A program made the translations under genes and the position numbers. 64,000 nt of DNA from a virus, in IMG/VR virus record IMGVR_UViG_3300009509_000013, positions 10,286 through 74,285 of that record; one strand, given 5' to 3'. The notes under the pieces were generated by a model, which was not told the DNA's origin, did no database searches, and was given only the letters and a program-made list of their open reading frames with translations. Each line of letters starts with the position of its first letter. Within the stretch, counting starts at the first letter, position 1. Below are positions 21,159 through 31,133 of this stretch, piece by piece.

Positions 21159-21228
21159 GATTGAACCCTTTTCCTTTCAAATCAAAGTTCGTGTTCCGCC
21201 TCAACCGCTCGCTTGGCGCGGCGATCCG

Positions 21229-23511
21229 TTACCCAACGGAATCAAAGATTCCTTGCTTGCCAATGATGATATTGAACCGCTCGACCGTATCGGCCAATCG
21301 AAGCTTGATCTCCGCGAACATATCGCCATTGGCGCGCGTCGCGTCCGTGTTGTTCTCCGCGTCGATCTTGATCTTCGCGGCGTCGTCGAGCTTGTCGCCA
21401 CGAATGGCGCGCTTGACGAACTCCGGTTGAAAGAAGCTTCGAAGCGCCGTGAACGCGAGCTTTTCCGTCACGGGATCGTTGATCATGAACACGATCCAAT
21501 CGAACGACTCTTGCAAGACGTGTTCATAATACGACATTTGTTCTCTTTGGTGCTTCCACTTCCAAGCGGGATCGAGCCACAAGGTTCGATCTCCCCAAAG
21601 AATGAAGTTCCCGCGCTTCTTTTTGATCACGTTGATTCCGAGCGGATTCAAGATTTCTTCGTCAAGAATCGCGTCGCCGGTCGGAAGCTTCAAGATCTTC
21701 GGAAGCGTCGCTTCGATTCCGGCTTGTGCCTTGTGATAGCCGGTGTAATCGTTCGACACGCGAGCTTCGCGCCCTTGGATTTGCCCGGTCAACGGAACAA
21801 GCTTCAACTTCCCGTCCGCGCCGTCGACCGGATCGACAACGTAGCCATAGCTCGGAACACTTACGACCGCGTAATCGTTCCGCCCAAGCGTGTTGTTGAT
21901 ATAGTCGTCGAACTCGTTTTCGGTGACTTTCGTCGCCGGAACTTCATAGCGGTATTGATGATTCTTCGCCGCCGCGTATGCGACGCCCGCCTTTTGAACC
22001 GCCGTCGACGTGACGCCCGGAGTCGCGAACTTCACAAGCCCCATGTTTTTGTCGGTCAAACGGTTGAAGGGAGAAAGGTCGACGTCCCACAATTGTTGAT
22101 TGTATTCGGGATCGCCGACGCCGGCGTTTCCGTCACGTCCGCCGGAAAGCGGAAGCGGAGCTTCAACAAGAAATTCGTCGGCGGGAGCGCCGTCGACCGT
22201 CATGTCGGAGCCGTCCGCAACGGTGATCGATTTGTGATCGTTGTCGACGATTCGGAACTTCACCTTCGCCGCGTTCACCTTGTCGGGATAGCATTTCCCG
22301 CCGATCAATTGATCGGCAACGAAAGGCTTGTAATTCACAACAAGCGTGTCCGCCGCCGCGAGCGGAGTCGCGCCCGCCGTGACTGTGAAAGGCGGCGACC
22401 ATTTGTTGTTTGGATTGAACAACGTTCCAAGCGTGACCGTTCCGAGCGCGCCGAACTTGTCGGAAACCGCGTCGCCGCTTGTCGGCGCGGTCATGGTGAT
22501 CGTGATCTTTTGCGCGACCATTTCGTCGGTTGTCGTTCCGAGCGCAAAGGTCGGATTGCCGCCGGCGACCGGGGAATTGATCGTGAAGTCGTGAATCAAC
22601 GCGGTCAAAACGGTTGCCGTGACCGTATCGATCACGCCGTAATGATTCGCCGGGCGAACCGCCGGAACATGCGCGCCGGTCCAAAGATCGACGACTTCGA
22701 TTTCGTCGTTCGCGCCGTCTTCGTTGATCACGTCGACCCAATAGCGCCCCGACGTCGGATTCGTCGAAAGGTTCGGATATTTCTTCACGAACCGCCCGTC
22801 GACGAAGACCGAAAGCGCGAATTCGGTTGAAGCGTTTTCTTCGCCGTCTTCGATCAAGATCGAAACCGCCTTGTCTTCGTTTTCCATGACAAGGTAATAG
22901 CGGAGATCGCCGCCGCCGCCGTGATCGGTCAGCATGGTTTGATCCGCTTCAACCGTGATCAAGCCCGCCGCCGTGTTCCCAACAATCGGATAGCGCGTGT
23001 TCGCGACGGCGGAAAGCTCGACATAGCCGCCCTTCCATTCGTCTTCTTTGAACGCGCTTGAACCCGTGTCGAGCGTGATTTCGGTCAAGTCGCCGATTGC
23101 GCTCAAGTCGTCCGTGTAGCGCTTCGCCTTGCCGCCCCAACGTCCGCCGTTCTTTGCCTTGACGGTTCCCATTGGAACCAAAAGCGACCCATAGCGCCCG
23201 TAAAGCGTCCGCGACGCTTGAAGTTCGTTCCCGTCCGTGACTCGAATCAAGACAAGCCCGCCGGCTCCGGCGGCGTTGTCGTAAAAGTCAATGCAAGCGT
23301 CGGGAGCGAGCGAGTCGTCGATATAGCTTCCGAATTTCTTCAAAAAGCTCGACTTGTTCGACAAGCGAACCATTTCGCCGACCGGACCTTTTTCGAAGAT
23401 CCCGCCGTATCCCGCCCAACCGAGCGCGCCGGGCTCGATTGTCTTTTCGCCTTCAAGTTCCGTGACGCTTACGCCCGCGCCGCGAATGGGTCCAAATCGC
23501 TTTTGTGCCAT
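21229..23511 (-). CDS. contractile tail sheath protein
   Basis: GVSVTE, FEKGP, KN.GRWG, LSGGRDG, LNPLGINVI, WGDRTL and FMINDP motifs. Confidence 0.95.
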   Translation of the reverse strand: MAQKRFGPIRGAGVSVTELEGEKTIEPGALGWAGYGGIFEKGPVGEMVRLSNKSSFLKKFGSYIDDSLAPDACIDFYDNAAGAGGLVLIRVTDGNELQASRTLYGRYGSLLVPMGTVKAKNGGRWGGKAKRYTDDLSAIGDLTEITLDTGSSAFKEDEWKGGYVELSAVANTRYPIVGNTAAGLITVEADQTMLTDHGGGGDLRYYLVMENEDKAVSILIEDGEENASTEFALSVFVDGRFVKKYPNLSTNPTSGRYWVDVINEDGANDEIEVVDLWTGAHVPAVRPANHYGVIDTVTATVLTALIHDFTINSPVAGGNPTFALGTTTDEMVAQKITITMTAPTSGDAVSDKFGALGTVTLGTLFNPNNKWSPPFTVTAGATPLAAADTLVVNYKPFVADQLIGGKCYPDKVNAAKVKFRIVDNDHKSITVADGSDMTVDGAPADEFLVEAPLPLSGGRDGNAGVGDPEYNQQLWDVDLSPFNRLTDKNMGLVKFATPGVTSTAVQKAGVAYAAAKNHQYRYEVPATKVTENEFDDYINNTLGRNDYAVVSVPSYGYVVDPVDGADGKLKLVPLTGQIQGREARVSNDYTGYHKAQAGIEATLPKILKLPTGDAILDEEILNPLGINVIKKKRGNFILWGDRTLWLDPAWKWKHQREQMSYYEHVLQESFDWIVFMINDPVTEKLAFTALRSFFQPEFVKRAIRGDKLDDAAKIKIDAENNTDATRANGDMFAEIKLRLADTVERFNIIIGKQGIFDSVG

Positions 23512-23524
23512 GATTTCGAGCCTC

Positions 23525-24781
23525 CTACGCTTCAACCGTTGCGTTCATGTTTCCGTCCATGACGAACCGCTTCACACCGAAAATCGGTTTCGAATCTTCA
23601 ACGAAAAATAGCGCGTTCTCGATTCGAAAGCGAATTCTGCCAGTGTGAAGGTCGCCGGAGTTCGCCGGGGTCGTCATGTCAAATTCGTCGATAAGGAATA
23701 GCCGAAATCTTTCGTCCATTCCTACAGATTTTATTGTCGGATTGTTGGCGAAAAATCTCTTTATTTCGTCCGCCAACCTTTGATGATCAACGCCTTTATC
23801 CGTGATCAAGTGAAGCAAAACTTCAAGATTTCCTTGAAGGGGAGCGGGAATTTTCCAACCTTCCCCGGTCGCGCGATTCAAAACGTGATCGTCTTGACCG
23901 AGCTTCGACGCGCCGATCAAGTTTATGTCGTCGAGAATGATCGACGGAACCTTTTCGATCTCCGTGTAGTCTTGCGATGTCGTGACCGCGACTTCCGGTT
24001 CATACACAAACCGAATGAAAAGCACGTCGCCGGCGGCTTGCGCGCCGGTCAACGTGATCACTTGCGTTCCGACGTCGAACGAATCGAAGACGTCGGTCAA
24101 ATGCTCCGGGTCGTTCGTATGGTTGAAGACCGAATCGATCCCGGTCACGTTGTAAGGGGTTTCGAGCTTGTAATCGTTTTTGAGATCGACGGTTGACGCC
24201 GCCGCTTCAAGTTGAATCATGAAGCGCGAGATCGGTTGAAGCCCGCTTCGAATCAACGGAACAAGCGACCGATAGATCAAGTCGTCTTGAAACTCGATTG
24301 TCGATTCATACAAGACTTTGACCGCGTAAACGTAAGGGGAAAACGCCGCGTTCGTTGTCTTCAAATTGATCACGACTTGAAGCTTCCGCGCTTGAACGAC
24401 GCCGGGGAAGAAGCTCGCAATGTTCGCCGCGACTTCCGCTTCGGTGTTCCAATCGACCGCGTTCACTTCCCAAGTCGACCCGTTCCAAAAATATTCGTCG
24501 GTCCCGTCCGAAAGCCTGAAACCGAGCGACGTCACGACGACGCCGGCTTCGTCTTTGAAGTGATCGGCGATCACTTCGAAGCCGATCCATTGTTGAACGG
24601 TCGTCGGGTCCGTGACCCAAGTCTTCGCGAAAATGTCCGGGTCGGTCGAGAACGCTTCCCCGGCAAGTTGCAATCGGTTGAAGCCCGACGTCGGATTCAA
24701 GCGCGCGCCGGTCCCTAACACGATTCGCGAACGGTTTTCTTCTTCGAACGCGAACGTCTTGATCAACTTTGTCGTTTTCAT
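23525..24781 (-). CDS. tail completion / sheath terminator with N-terminal extension
   Basis: Directly upstream of sheath; ATG 24781 overlaps upstream TGA; C-terminal part resembles tail-terminator folds (KVPSIIL...D, LHLIT). Confidence 0.6.
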   Translation of the reverse strand: MKTTKLIKTFAFEEENRSRIVLGTGARLNPTSGFNRLQLAGEAFSTDPDIFAKTWVTDPTTVQQWIGFEVIADHFKDEAGVVVTSLGFRLSDGTDEYFWNGSTWEVNAVDWNTEAEVAANIASFFPGVVQARKLQVVINLKTTNAAFSPYVYAVKVLYESTIEFQDDLIYRSLVPLIRSGLQPISRFMIQLEAAASTVDLKNDYKLETPYNVTGIDSVFNHTNDPEHLTDVFDSFDVGTQVITLTGAQAAGDVLFIRFVYEPEVAVTTSQDYTEIEKVPSIILDDINLIGASKLGQDDHVLNRATGEGWKIPAPLQGNLEVLLHLITDKGVDHQRLADEIKRFFANNPTIKSVGMDERFRLFLIDEFDMTTPANSGDLHTGRIRFRIENALFFVEDSKPIFGVKRFVMDGNMNATVEA

Positions 24782-25398
24782 CCTTTTGTGATCTCCCGCA
24801 TTGCCGCATTCACGGCGGCTTCCCAATTCTTCCGCGCTTTCTTGCGGAGATCGGGAAGGTCAAACGCCGCTTTCACAAAAGGTCGCGACGGAATGACAAT
24901 CGCCGGCGTGTTCGGCTTCAACCGCTCCCAACCGCCCGGCATTCGCTCCCAAAGCTCCGCCGCTCGACCGGAAAGCTTCGACGGTTGCCAATCCCCGATT
25001 GAAACCTTCCAAAGCACATAGAACAAATTCCGCATTCGTTGGGTAACGGTGATCTCCGTCCCTTCGTGCAATGCGACGCCGACATTGTAGAAACGATCCG
25101 TCTTCAAGACTCCGACGAAAACCGTTTTGTCGTCGACGATCTTTTGCCCAATCGCTTGAAAAAGCGAACTCGAATTGTCGACAAGCGGCTTCGTGCTCCC
25201 CTTGATCGCAGTCGTCAAAGGCTTGTTCGGCTTGAAGTTGCCGGCTTGAATGACCTTCCGAATTGTTCGAACGCCTAGAAGCCCGTTCAATTCGGTCGCG
25301 CGGCGAATGTGTTTCCGCATGGCGGAAGAAAATTGATGCTTTCGGAATGCGCGCGAAAGCTTTCCCCAATCCCCCGTTTTCTTCCATTCGGTCGCCAT
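24778..25398 (-). CDS. neck / virion morphogenesis protein (HK97 gp10-like)
   Basis: KGSTKPLVD, LHEGT and IPSRPF motifs; basic protein. Confidence 0.75.
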   Translation of the reverse strand: MATEWKKTGDWGKLSRAFRKHQFSSAMRKHIRRATELNGLLGVRTIRKVIQAGNFKPNKPLTTAIKGSTKPLVDNSSSLFQAIGQKIVDDKTVFVGVLKTDRFYNVGVALHEGTEITVTQRMRNLFYVLWKVSIGDWQPSKLSGRAAELWERMPGGWERLKPNTPAIVIPSRPFVKAAFDLPDLRKKARKNWEAAVNAAMREITKG

Positions 25399-25405
25399 GT
25401 CTCGA

Positions 25406-25792
25406 TCAAAGAACGCCGGTCCAAATTCCGCCGGCGGATTTCTCGACAAGCGCCTTCGTGACTTCAACGCCGGTTTCAATGTCGACGAATCCGCGCTTCA
25501 CTTCGCGCGGTTCCGCGAACTTGAATTCGTCGTCGCCCTTGCGAACGAAGTCGCATTTGAAAAGACGATAATTCACTTCGTCGTCTTTTTGCGTCGGAAC
25601 GTACACTTCCGCGATCACGCTTTTCGAGAAAACTTCAATCGGCCAAACCGAGCCATTCTTCGCGACATTCATTTTCGGCAAAAGATAGCCGGCGAGCGAC
25701 TTCCGAAGCTTTTGCATGAATTCGCCGACCGACTCTTTTTCTCCGAGCGGAAGGTTCGCTTTGTGAACTAGAACTTCGCGTGTTTCTGTCAT
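25406..25792 (-). CDS. hypothetical protein with scaffold-like C-terminal tag (putative internal head protein)
   Basis: 128 aa ending VEKSAGGIWTGVL, compare scaffold end VQKNEGGMWKGVL. Confidence 0.65.
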   Translation of the reverse strand: MTETREVLVHKANLPLGEKESVGEFMQKLRKSLAGYLLPKMNVAKNGSVWPIEVFSKSVIAEVYVPTQKDDEVNYRLFKCDFVRKGDDEFKFAEPREVKRGFVDIETGVEVTKALVEKSAGGIWTGVL

Positions 25793-25803
25793 GATTGATC
25801 CCC

Positions 25804-26211
25804 TTACCTTTCGCCGCTTCGCGACGGTTGTCTATCTGCAAAGAACGCCTTGACCATTGTCGGCCCGCCTATGTCGTCATAGGTCGCGGTCGGTTGAAGC
25901 CGCGTTATGTAAACGTCGGTCTTCAAGCCGCCCATTTCAATGAACCGATCATTTTGTTGAAGCTCGATCCCTTGCGCCGCAAGGTCGACGTAACGAAAAA
26001 GAGCGTAACCCGAAGCGCCCTCTTGCGCTCCGCCCTTCGTCATTGACAACCCAAGTTCGAAATCCCATTTCACTTGAGCCTTGACCGTCTTGACCGGATT
26101 CCGCTTCGCGAATTGAATCGGCTCCCGTGCGTCGTCGTCGACGAACGAACCCGCCCGGTCGATTTGTTCAATCTTGACCGGGATCGGGTGAATCAAATTC
26201 GGAACCGGCAT
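25804..26211 (-). CDS. head closure / head-tail joining protein
   Basis: 135 aa beta-rich protein after the adaptor; DDDAREP motif. Confidence 0.65.
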   Translation of the reverse strand: MPVPNLIHPIPVKIEQIDRAGSFVDDDAREPIQFAKRNPVKTVKAQVKWDFELGLSMTKGGAQEGASGYALFRYVDLAAQGIELQQNDRFIEMGGLKTDVYITRLQPTATYDDIGGPTMVKAFFADRQPSRSGER

Positions 26212-26220
26212 TTCTTCCCC

Positions 26221-27327
26221 CTACCTAAAAGACCAATGCGCCGGCGTCGCCGCGCCCATTGGCGCGCGATACAAGCGCAAGATTTGTTGAATCTCCGGGT
26301 CGCTTGTGACTCCGTTCAAAATCCCCGCCGGTTGCGCCTTCGGAGCCGTGACCGCAAACTTCCGCCGGTGATCGTCGGTTTCTTCTTCAACAAGCGGTCC
26401 CGTCGCCGGCGGCGGCGGAGCGGGGAGCGTTGCCGCTTGCGCCGGATTGATCGGATTCGTGATCTTCTCATAAACGAGCTTCATTAGAGCCCGTCGAATC
26501 GCCTTCGGCGTCGAACCGTCCGCTTCCGTGTAGCCGAAGATCCCTTTGATTTCTTGGTTCTGATAGCCGCGCCGGAAACGATTCGAGCCCGAATAGTTGA
26601 CCGGGCGATTGAAAATGTCGAAGCTTTCTTCGGGCTTCAACGAAATTTTCGGGTTGTGCCTATGGTCCGGGAAACCCGCGCGCCCGTTGTAAATCACATA
26701 AGCTTCGGGATCGAGTTCGACCGTCGACTTGTTGATCTTGATATAGTCGATTGAAATGATCGGAACCCCGAAAAACAACGTGTCCGAATCGTTGCCGTCA
26801 ATCGACAAGATCATTTGACGCGCGTTGAACCATTGGCGCGTTGTCCGTTCAAGGATCGCTTGCCAAAGTTCGATTTGCGCGAGAACGTCTTCGTCCGCCA
26901 TCATTGCGACGTCGATCCCCAAGTCGCGAATGTCTTGAACGCTGCAATAGGTATCGACCGACGACCCCGCCGACTCGACCAAAACTTCGAAGTCTTCGAA
27001 GCCGGCTTGATACGCCGACGAAGGCCCGACCTTCCAACGCCATTCGATCCTATGCGTTCCGATTGGCTCCGCAAGGCTTGGGGTCCAACCTTTCGCCGCG
27101 CCGTTGTCGTAAGCGTAATATGAGCCAACGCCAAACTTTCCGGGCGCGCTCGAAACGTCTTCATAGTCGCCCGGCGTCGTCGGGAAGATTTGAGTTCCGG
27201 GGAGCCCCGCCGAAATGTCGAAGATCCGAAACCCGATTTCGTGCATGTCGGTTAGAACGCCGTTGACCGTCACAAACCAATTGATGATCGACGGAAGATT
27301 TTCTTGACCCCTTGCTAGTGCTGGCAT
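26221..27327 (-). CDS. head-tail adaptor (gp6/gp15-like) with N-terminal Ig-like domain
   Basis: YCSVQDIR...ILER.TRQWF, G.FGY, PKAIRRA and IQQILRLYR motifs. Confidence 0.75.
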   Translation of the reverse strand: MPALARGQENLPSIINWFVTVNGVLTDMHEIGFRIFDISAGLPGTQIFPTTPGDYEDVSSAPGKFGVGSYYAYDNGAAKGWTPSLAEPIGTHRIEWRWKVGPSSAYQAGFEDFEVLVESAGSSVDTYCSVQDIRDLGIDVAMMADEDVLAQIELWQAILERTTRQWFNARQMILSIDGNDSDTLFFGVPIISIDYIKINKSTVELDPEAYVIYNGRAGFPDHRHNPKISLKPEESFDIFNRPVNYSGSNRFRRGYQNQEIKGIFGYTEADGSTPKAIRRALMKLVYEKITNPINPAQAATLPAPPPPATGPLVEEETDDHRRKFAVTAPKAQPAGILNGVTSDPEIQQILRLYRAPMGAATPAHWSFR

Positions 27328-27337
27328 GATCGATCCC

Positions 27338-27634
27338 CTATGGATAAGTCCCGGTCGGATCGAACGGCGAACCGACGACTTCGAGCGCCGTCAACCCGGA
27401 CGTGTCCGCGTCGATCACAAAGCCTTGAAGCTTGTCGTTCGTTCGGGGCGCGACCGTCGTTTGAATGCGCGTGTCCGTGATTTCGGTCCAACCTTTGCGC
27501 GGATCGGTCGGCGAATAGACGACGCCATTCCAAATCAAGCGAAAGCTCCCCGGAACGAATCGAACCGGGGATTCGAATTCTTGATTTGCGCCGTCGACCG
27601 CGCCGACCAAATCCACGATCAAAGCGTCGGACAT
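27338..27634 (-). CDS. small beta-rich virion protein
   Basis: GAVDGANQEF...F.PGS..L.WNGV motif; abuts the upstream stop. Confidence 0.6.
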   Translation of the reverse strand: MSDALIVDLVGAVDGANQEFESPVRFVPGSFRLIWNGVVYSPTDPRKGWTEITDTRIQTTVAPRTNDKLQGFVIDADTSGLTALEVVGSPFDPTGTYP

Positions 27635-27847
27635 TCATTCCCCTTTCGCGTCGGTTGAAGCGCCGTCCGCTTCGCTCGACTCGCCTTCCGCCGGCTCCGC
27701 TTCAACCGGCTTCGCTTCGTCCGCCGGAGCTTCCGCCGCCGGCTCGACCGCTTCAACCGGCTCCGCTTTCGGAGCGACTTCCGGTTCGACTTGCGATCCC
27801 GCGCAAGCGTATAAAAGACAACCGAGAATGATCAAGAAATACCGCAT
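27635..27847 (-). CDS. small lipoprotein (spanin or exclusion candidate)
   Basis: MRYFLIILGCLLYAC signal/lipobox-like peptide followed by an E/A/P-rich tail; GGAAAGGGG SD. Confidence 0.6.
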   Translation of the reverse strand: MRYFLIILGCLLYACAGSQVEPEVAPKAEPVEAVEPAAEAPADEAKPVEAEPAEGESSEADGASTDAKGE

Positions 27848-27861
27848 TTTTGACCCCTTTC

Positions 27862-28275
27862 CTACGTTTGAAAGTCCGAATCGCGAAACCCCTTCGGGAG
27901 CGGTTGCGGCCAAAGCAAACCGAGCCCCAAGCCCGCGACGCAATACAAGATCAACCCATATTGCACGGGAGCCCCAAAAAACCAAAGCGGGAGCCTTCCG
28001 AGCAAATCGAGAACAACGCCGACCGCCGCAACGGTTGAAGCGCCGGCGAGCATTCCGACCCGAAGCCAACGTCGCCCCGAATAGAACACGGGAACGAACC
28101 AATGCGTCGGGAGAACGCACGTCATGACCGCGATCATGGGGTGACGAAACGCCGCGTCGGTCGTGATCGCGCTCCAAGTGTTCCCCGCCGTGTCGTCGCT
28201 CGCGAGAAAAATGTCGACGATCACGAAAAGCGCAATCGTCCCGAACCAAATGAACGCGACCGTTTTCTTTGTCAT
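27862..28275 (-). CDS. membrane protein with about 4 TM segments (holin candidate)
   Basis: Four hydrophobic stretches, KK near the N-terminus; ATGA overlap with upstream gene. Confidence 0.6.
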   Translation of the reverse strand: MTKKTVAFIWFGTIALFVIVDIFLASDDTAGNTWSAITTDAAFRHPMIAVMTCVLPTHWFVPVFYSGRRWLRVGMLAGASTVAAVGVVLDLLGRLPLWFFGAPVQYGLILYCVAGLGLGLLWPQPLPKGFRDSDFQT

Positions 28276-29072
28276 GGCGACGACTCCGTTTCCGAAATCC
28301 CGTAAATCGTCGCGACTGCAACGTCGCCGCCGAACTCCGCGTCGTTTTCAAGCGCGATTCGGATTTCCATTCCGACCGACGCCTTCAAATCCGTCGCGCC
28401 GCGCTCAGAATAGGGCCAACGAAAAACGTGAATCGGCCCTTTCATTCCGCGCCATGACGACCCGCCCATTTGCGGAATCGACGGATAGGCGAGCGACGCT
28501 TCGTTGATAAAGTCCATCATGGTTTGATAGACGGTCGGGCTTCCGTATGGATTGCCGGCGACATACAATTGAAAAAGAACCGTGTCGTTCAATTCGACAT
28601 TCTCGGAAAATTGAACTTCGATTTGCGTGATCCGAAGTGTTTTCCCTTGTTCCGGCTTGATCGTGAAAGTCGATTTGTCGGCGTAATGATAATGAACCGC
28701 GACGACCGTCTTTCCCGACTGTGACGAATTGAACGTGACCGCGCCGGTCAAATAGTTGATCGAATAGTCTTTGTCAGTTTGCCCCGGTGAATTTTCTTCA
28801 ACCGGGGAGCCGTCGACTTCGATTTCGGGTTGATAGACGTTGCGAAGATCACGTTCGCCCGTCAACTTCCCGTGTGTGACGTCGACCCAAGCGCGCGCCG
28901 TTGCCGGTTCAAAAGTCAATCCGTCGCCGGAATCCGTCAACGTTTCGTCGGTCACTTCAACCGAACCTTCGAACCAAGTCGTCTTGTCGCACCAATTCGG
29001 AGAAATGACTTCAAGACGACTTACTTCGGAAGCCGGTTCGATTTGAATCTTATGGTGTGTCGCTTGTGGCAT
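28272..29072 (-). CDS. putative virion protein
   Basis: TAATG coupling; contains DYSINYLTGAVTF...V.YHY beta module. Confidence 0.65.
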   Translation of the reverse strand: MPQATHHKIQIEPASEVSRLEVISPNWCDKTTWFEGSVEVTDETLTDSGDGLTFEPATARAWVDVTHGKLTGERDLRNVYQPEIEVDGSPVEENSPGQTDKDYSINYLTGAVTFNSSQSGKTVVAVHYHYADKSTFTIKPEQGKTLRITQIEVQFSENVELNDTVLFQLYVAGNPYGSPTVYQTMMDFINEASLAYPSIPQMGGSSWRGMKGPIHVFRWPYSERGATDLKASVGMEIRIALENDAEFGGDVAVATIYGISETESSP

Positions 29073-29278
29073 TAGCTTTGCTCCGCCGGATTCGCCCGGA
29101 ACTTGATTCGAAATCCTTCCGGCCAAGCCGTCGAAAGTGTTTCAAGCGGACAAACCCAAATCGCGACGCCTTCAACGTCGCTCGATTCATGACCTTCGAG
29201 CTTCTTTTCGCCGACTAGAACCATTTGCGTTCCGGGGTGCTTCGGGCATTCCGGCGGCGGGTCGCGAGCGATTGTCAT
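29072..29278 (-). CDS. small protein with CxxH...C motif
   Basis: 68 aa, coupled on both sides; CPKH and WVC. Confidence 0.55.
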   Translation of the reverse strand: MTIARDPPPECPKHPGTQMVLVGEKKLEGHESSDVEGVAIWVCPLETLSTAWPEGFRIKFRANPAEQS

Positions 29279-30444
29279 GTTACCGCGCCCCTTTCAAGTT
29301 CGAAGAAGCCGTTCGCGTTGACCGCGCAAGCGGCGGCGTTCGACGCCTTGTTTTTGACGCTCGCGATCAAGAAATGCCCCTTCGATTTTTCGAGCTTGAT
29401 CGGCGCGCCGAATTGAACTTGTTGTGACGACGACGCTTGAACAAATGCGTCGACGACGCGATCAAGCTTGTCGTATGTGACGACAATCGCGACGCCGCTT
29501 CCGGGAGCGGTCTTCAAATTGATTGCTTGTCGTAACCCGTCCGCCGAATCGTCGACCGTGTAATCGGCGACAATTGTCTTCGGAACCCCGTCAACCGTTA
29601 CCGCGACATGACTCGCCGCCGCGACCGCATTCGCCGAAAGTTCGAAGATCTTCGTCACACCGTCGCCGACGAAATTTTCAACCGCGTCGCGCGCGATTCC
29701 GCGATAAACCAAAAGTTCCGACGCTTGATCATTGCCGATCAAAAGATCGGTTATGAACGCAACGTCGATCTTCGGATTCGTCGTGAGCCCCGCGACTTCT
29801 TTGTCGAAGAAAACCATTTCGGCGTTTGTCGCGAGAACGCGGCGAACCGACAAAAAGATCGGGTTGTCGGCGCGTGTCCGCGTTCCGACTTCGCCGAAAA
29901 CGCCGATTCGCCCGACGCGCCAATCTTGATCGTCAACTTCAACCAAGATTCGCTTGAAAAGCCGTTGAAGCGTTGCGTCGTTTACGGTCGCCGTCAAGTC
30001 GAGCCCGGAGCCCGAACCTTGCGCGGTTGAAGCGGAAAATGAAATTCCTTCGAGCTTCAAACCCTGTTCAATCGCGCGAATGAAAAGCGCGCAATTGTGC
30101 GATCCCGCGATCCAATTGTCGTCGAAATCTTCGTCGGCATTGAAAAGAGCGGCGAGCCCCGCCGCAATGTCGAAAACCGTGTCGCCCGCTTCAACCGTGT
30201 AGACTTTTTGAAATGACCCAACGTTGACCGTGACCGTGTTTCCCGCTTCCGGGTTTCCGGCAATCGCAACAAAGCCGAAAGGGTTGTTGTCGAAACCGAA
30301 AATGTTCCCAACCCCCACAACGTCGAGCGTCAAGTTCACGTTCGTTTCAAGCGCGCCGTTGTCGACGTTGACCGGGGAGCCGTCTTCGCTTCGAAGCGTG
30401 ACGCCTAGATTCCCGTCCGGTGTTAGGCTAGGAACGAAGCTCAT
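29275..30444 (-). CDS. putative virion decoration protein
   Basis: 389 aa beta-rich; F.GDG.TK.F.L...V.VDGV...DYTV module. Confidence 0.65.
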   Translation of the reverse strand: MSFVPSLTPDGNLGVTLRSEDGSPVNVDNGALETNVNLTLDVVGVGNIFGFDNNPFGFVAIAGNPEAGNTVTVNVGSFQKVYTVEAGDTVFDIAAGLAALFNADEDFDDNWIAGSHNCALFIRAIEQGLKLEGISFSASTAQGSGSGLDLTATVNDATLQRLFKRILVEVDDQDWRVGRIGVFGEVGTRTRADNPIFLSVRRVLATNAEMVFFDKEVAGLTTNPKIDVAFITDLLIGNDQASELLVYRGIARDAVENFVGDGVTKIFELSANAVAAASHVAVTVDGVPKTIVADYTVDDSADGLRQAINLKTAPGSGVAIVVTYDKLDRVVDAFVQASSSQQVQFGAPIKLEKSKGHFLIASVKNKASNAAACAVNANGFFELERGAVT

Positions 30445-31133
30445 ATTTGAATTTCCTTCCCTTGAAAAAAGACGCTCAAATGATCAAGCTTCGTCAAGTC
30501 GTCTTGAACCGTCACGCGAACATAGTCGGGCGACGCGAACGTTCCCGCCTTTTTGAGAACGAGCCCGCCGATCCCGAAGTAACCGCGAGCGACGTTCGGG
30601 CTCGCGACAATCAATTCGAAACCGCCGGGCGGGGAAAATTGAAGAATCTCGCGCGTTCGTTGCAAATTTGCGATTCCATAAACAACGTCGCCGGCTTTCA
30701 CTTCAATCAAAACGCCATTCGGAAGCGCGACTTCCCCCATGAAATAGTCGCCGAATTTGACCGAACCGTCTTCGACGACAAGGCTTAGACCGCTCGTTTC
30801 AACGTCCCAAGTCGCGCCCGGATTCCATTCGTAAATGACCGGAGTCACGGAACCGTCGACCGCCATTTCGGGCGAACCGCCGCCGTCTTCAATGAATTCA
30901 TTGATCGCGCCCGCGCCCGCCGAAGAAATTTGCGCGTCGACAAGCAAGCGCTTCGCATTGTTGACGCTCGCGAGATTTGACGAAGCTCCGCCTTTGATTT
31001 CAACGATTGTCGGGTTTCCCGCGCCGCCTTGTCCCGAATCGACCGCGAGCCGTTTCGTTCCGGCGTCGTCAATGACAGAAACGGCGGCGGTTCCCGCTTC
31101 GTTGTAAAGTATTGCCGCCGGTGAGTCGCTCAT
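30441..31133 (-). CDS. putative virion protein
   Basis: 230 aa; MAVDGSVTPV, ALPNGV and VQDDLT.LD motifs; coupled. Confidence 0.65.
   Translation of the reverse strand: MSDSPAAILYNEAGTAAVSVIDDAGTKRLAVDSGQGGAGNPTIVEIKGGASSNLASVNNAKRLLVDAQISSAGAGAINEFIEDGGGSPEMAVDGSVTPVIYEWNPGATWDVETSGLSLVVEDGSVKFGDYFMGEVALPNGVLIEVKAGDVVYGIANLQRTREILQFSPPGGFELIVASPNVARGYFGIGGLVLKKAGTFASPDYVRVTVQDDLTKLDHLSVFFQGKEIQI

Noticed and set aside
21127-22830. Long + strand ORFs (567 aa here; also 35043-36332, 36843-38105 and many others)
   Set aside because: They lie antisense to clear structural genes, are R/V/D-rich or low-complexity, and lack RBSs; codon bias of the real genes explains the scarcity of antisense stops.
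27635-28351. 238-aa ORF as given in the track (also over-extended starts at 14938, 53161, 53993, 62004, 62930, 63717)
   Set aside because: The N-terminal parts overlap neighbouring genes or promoters; downstream starts with SD or stop-start coupling fit better.
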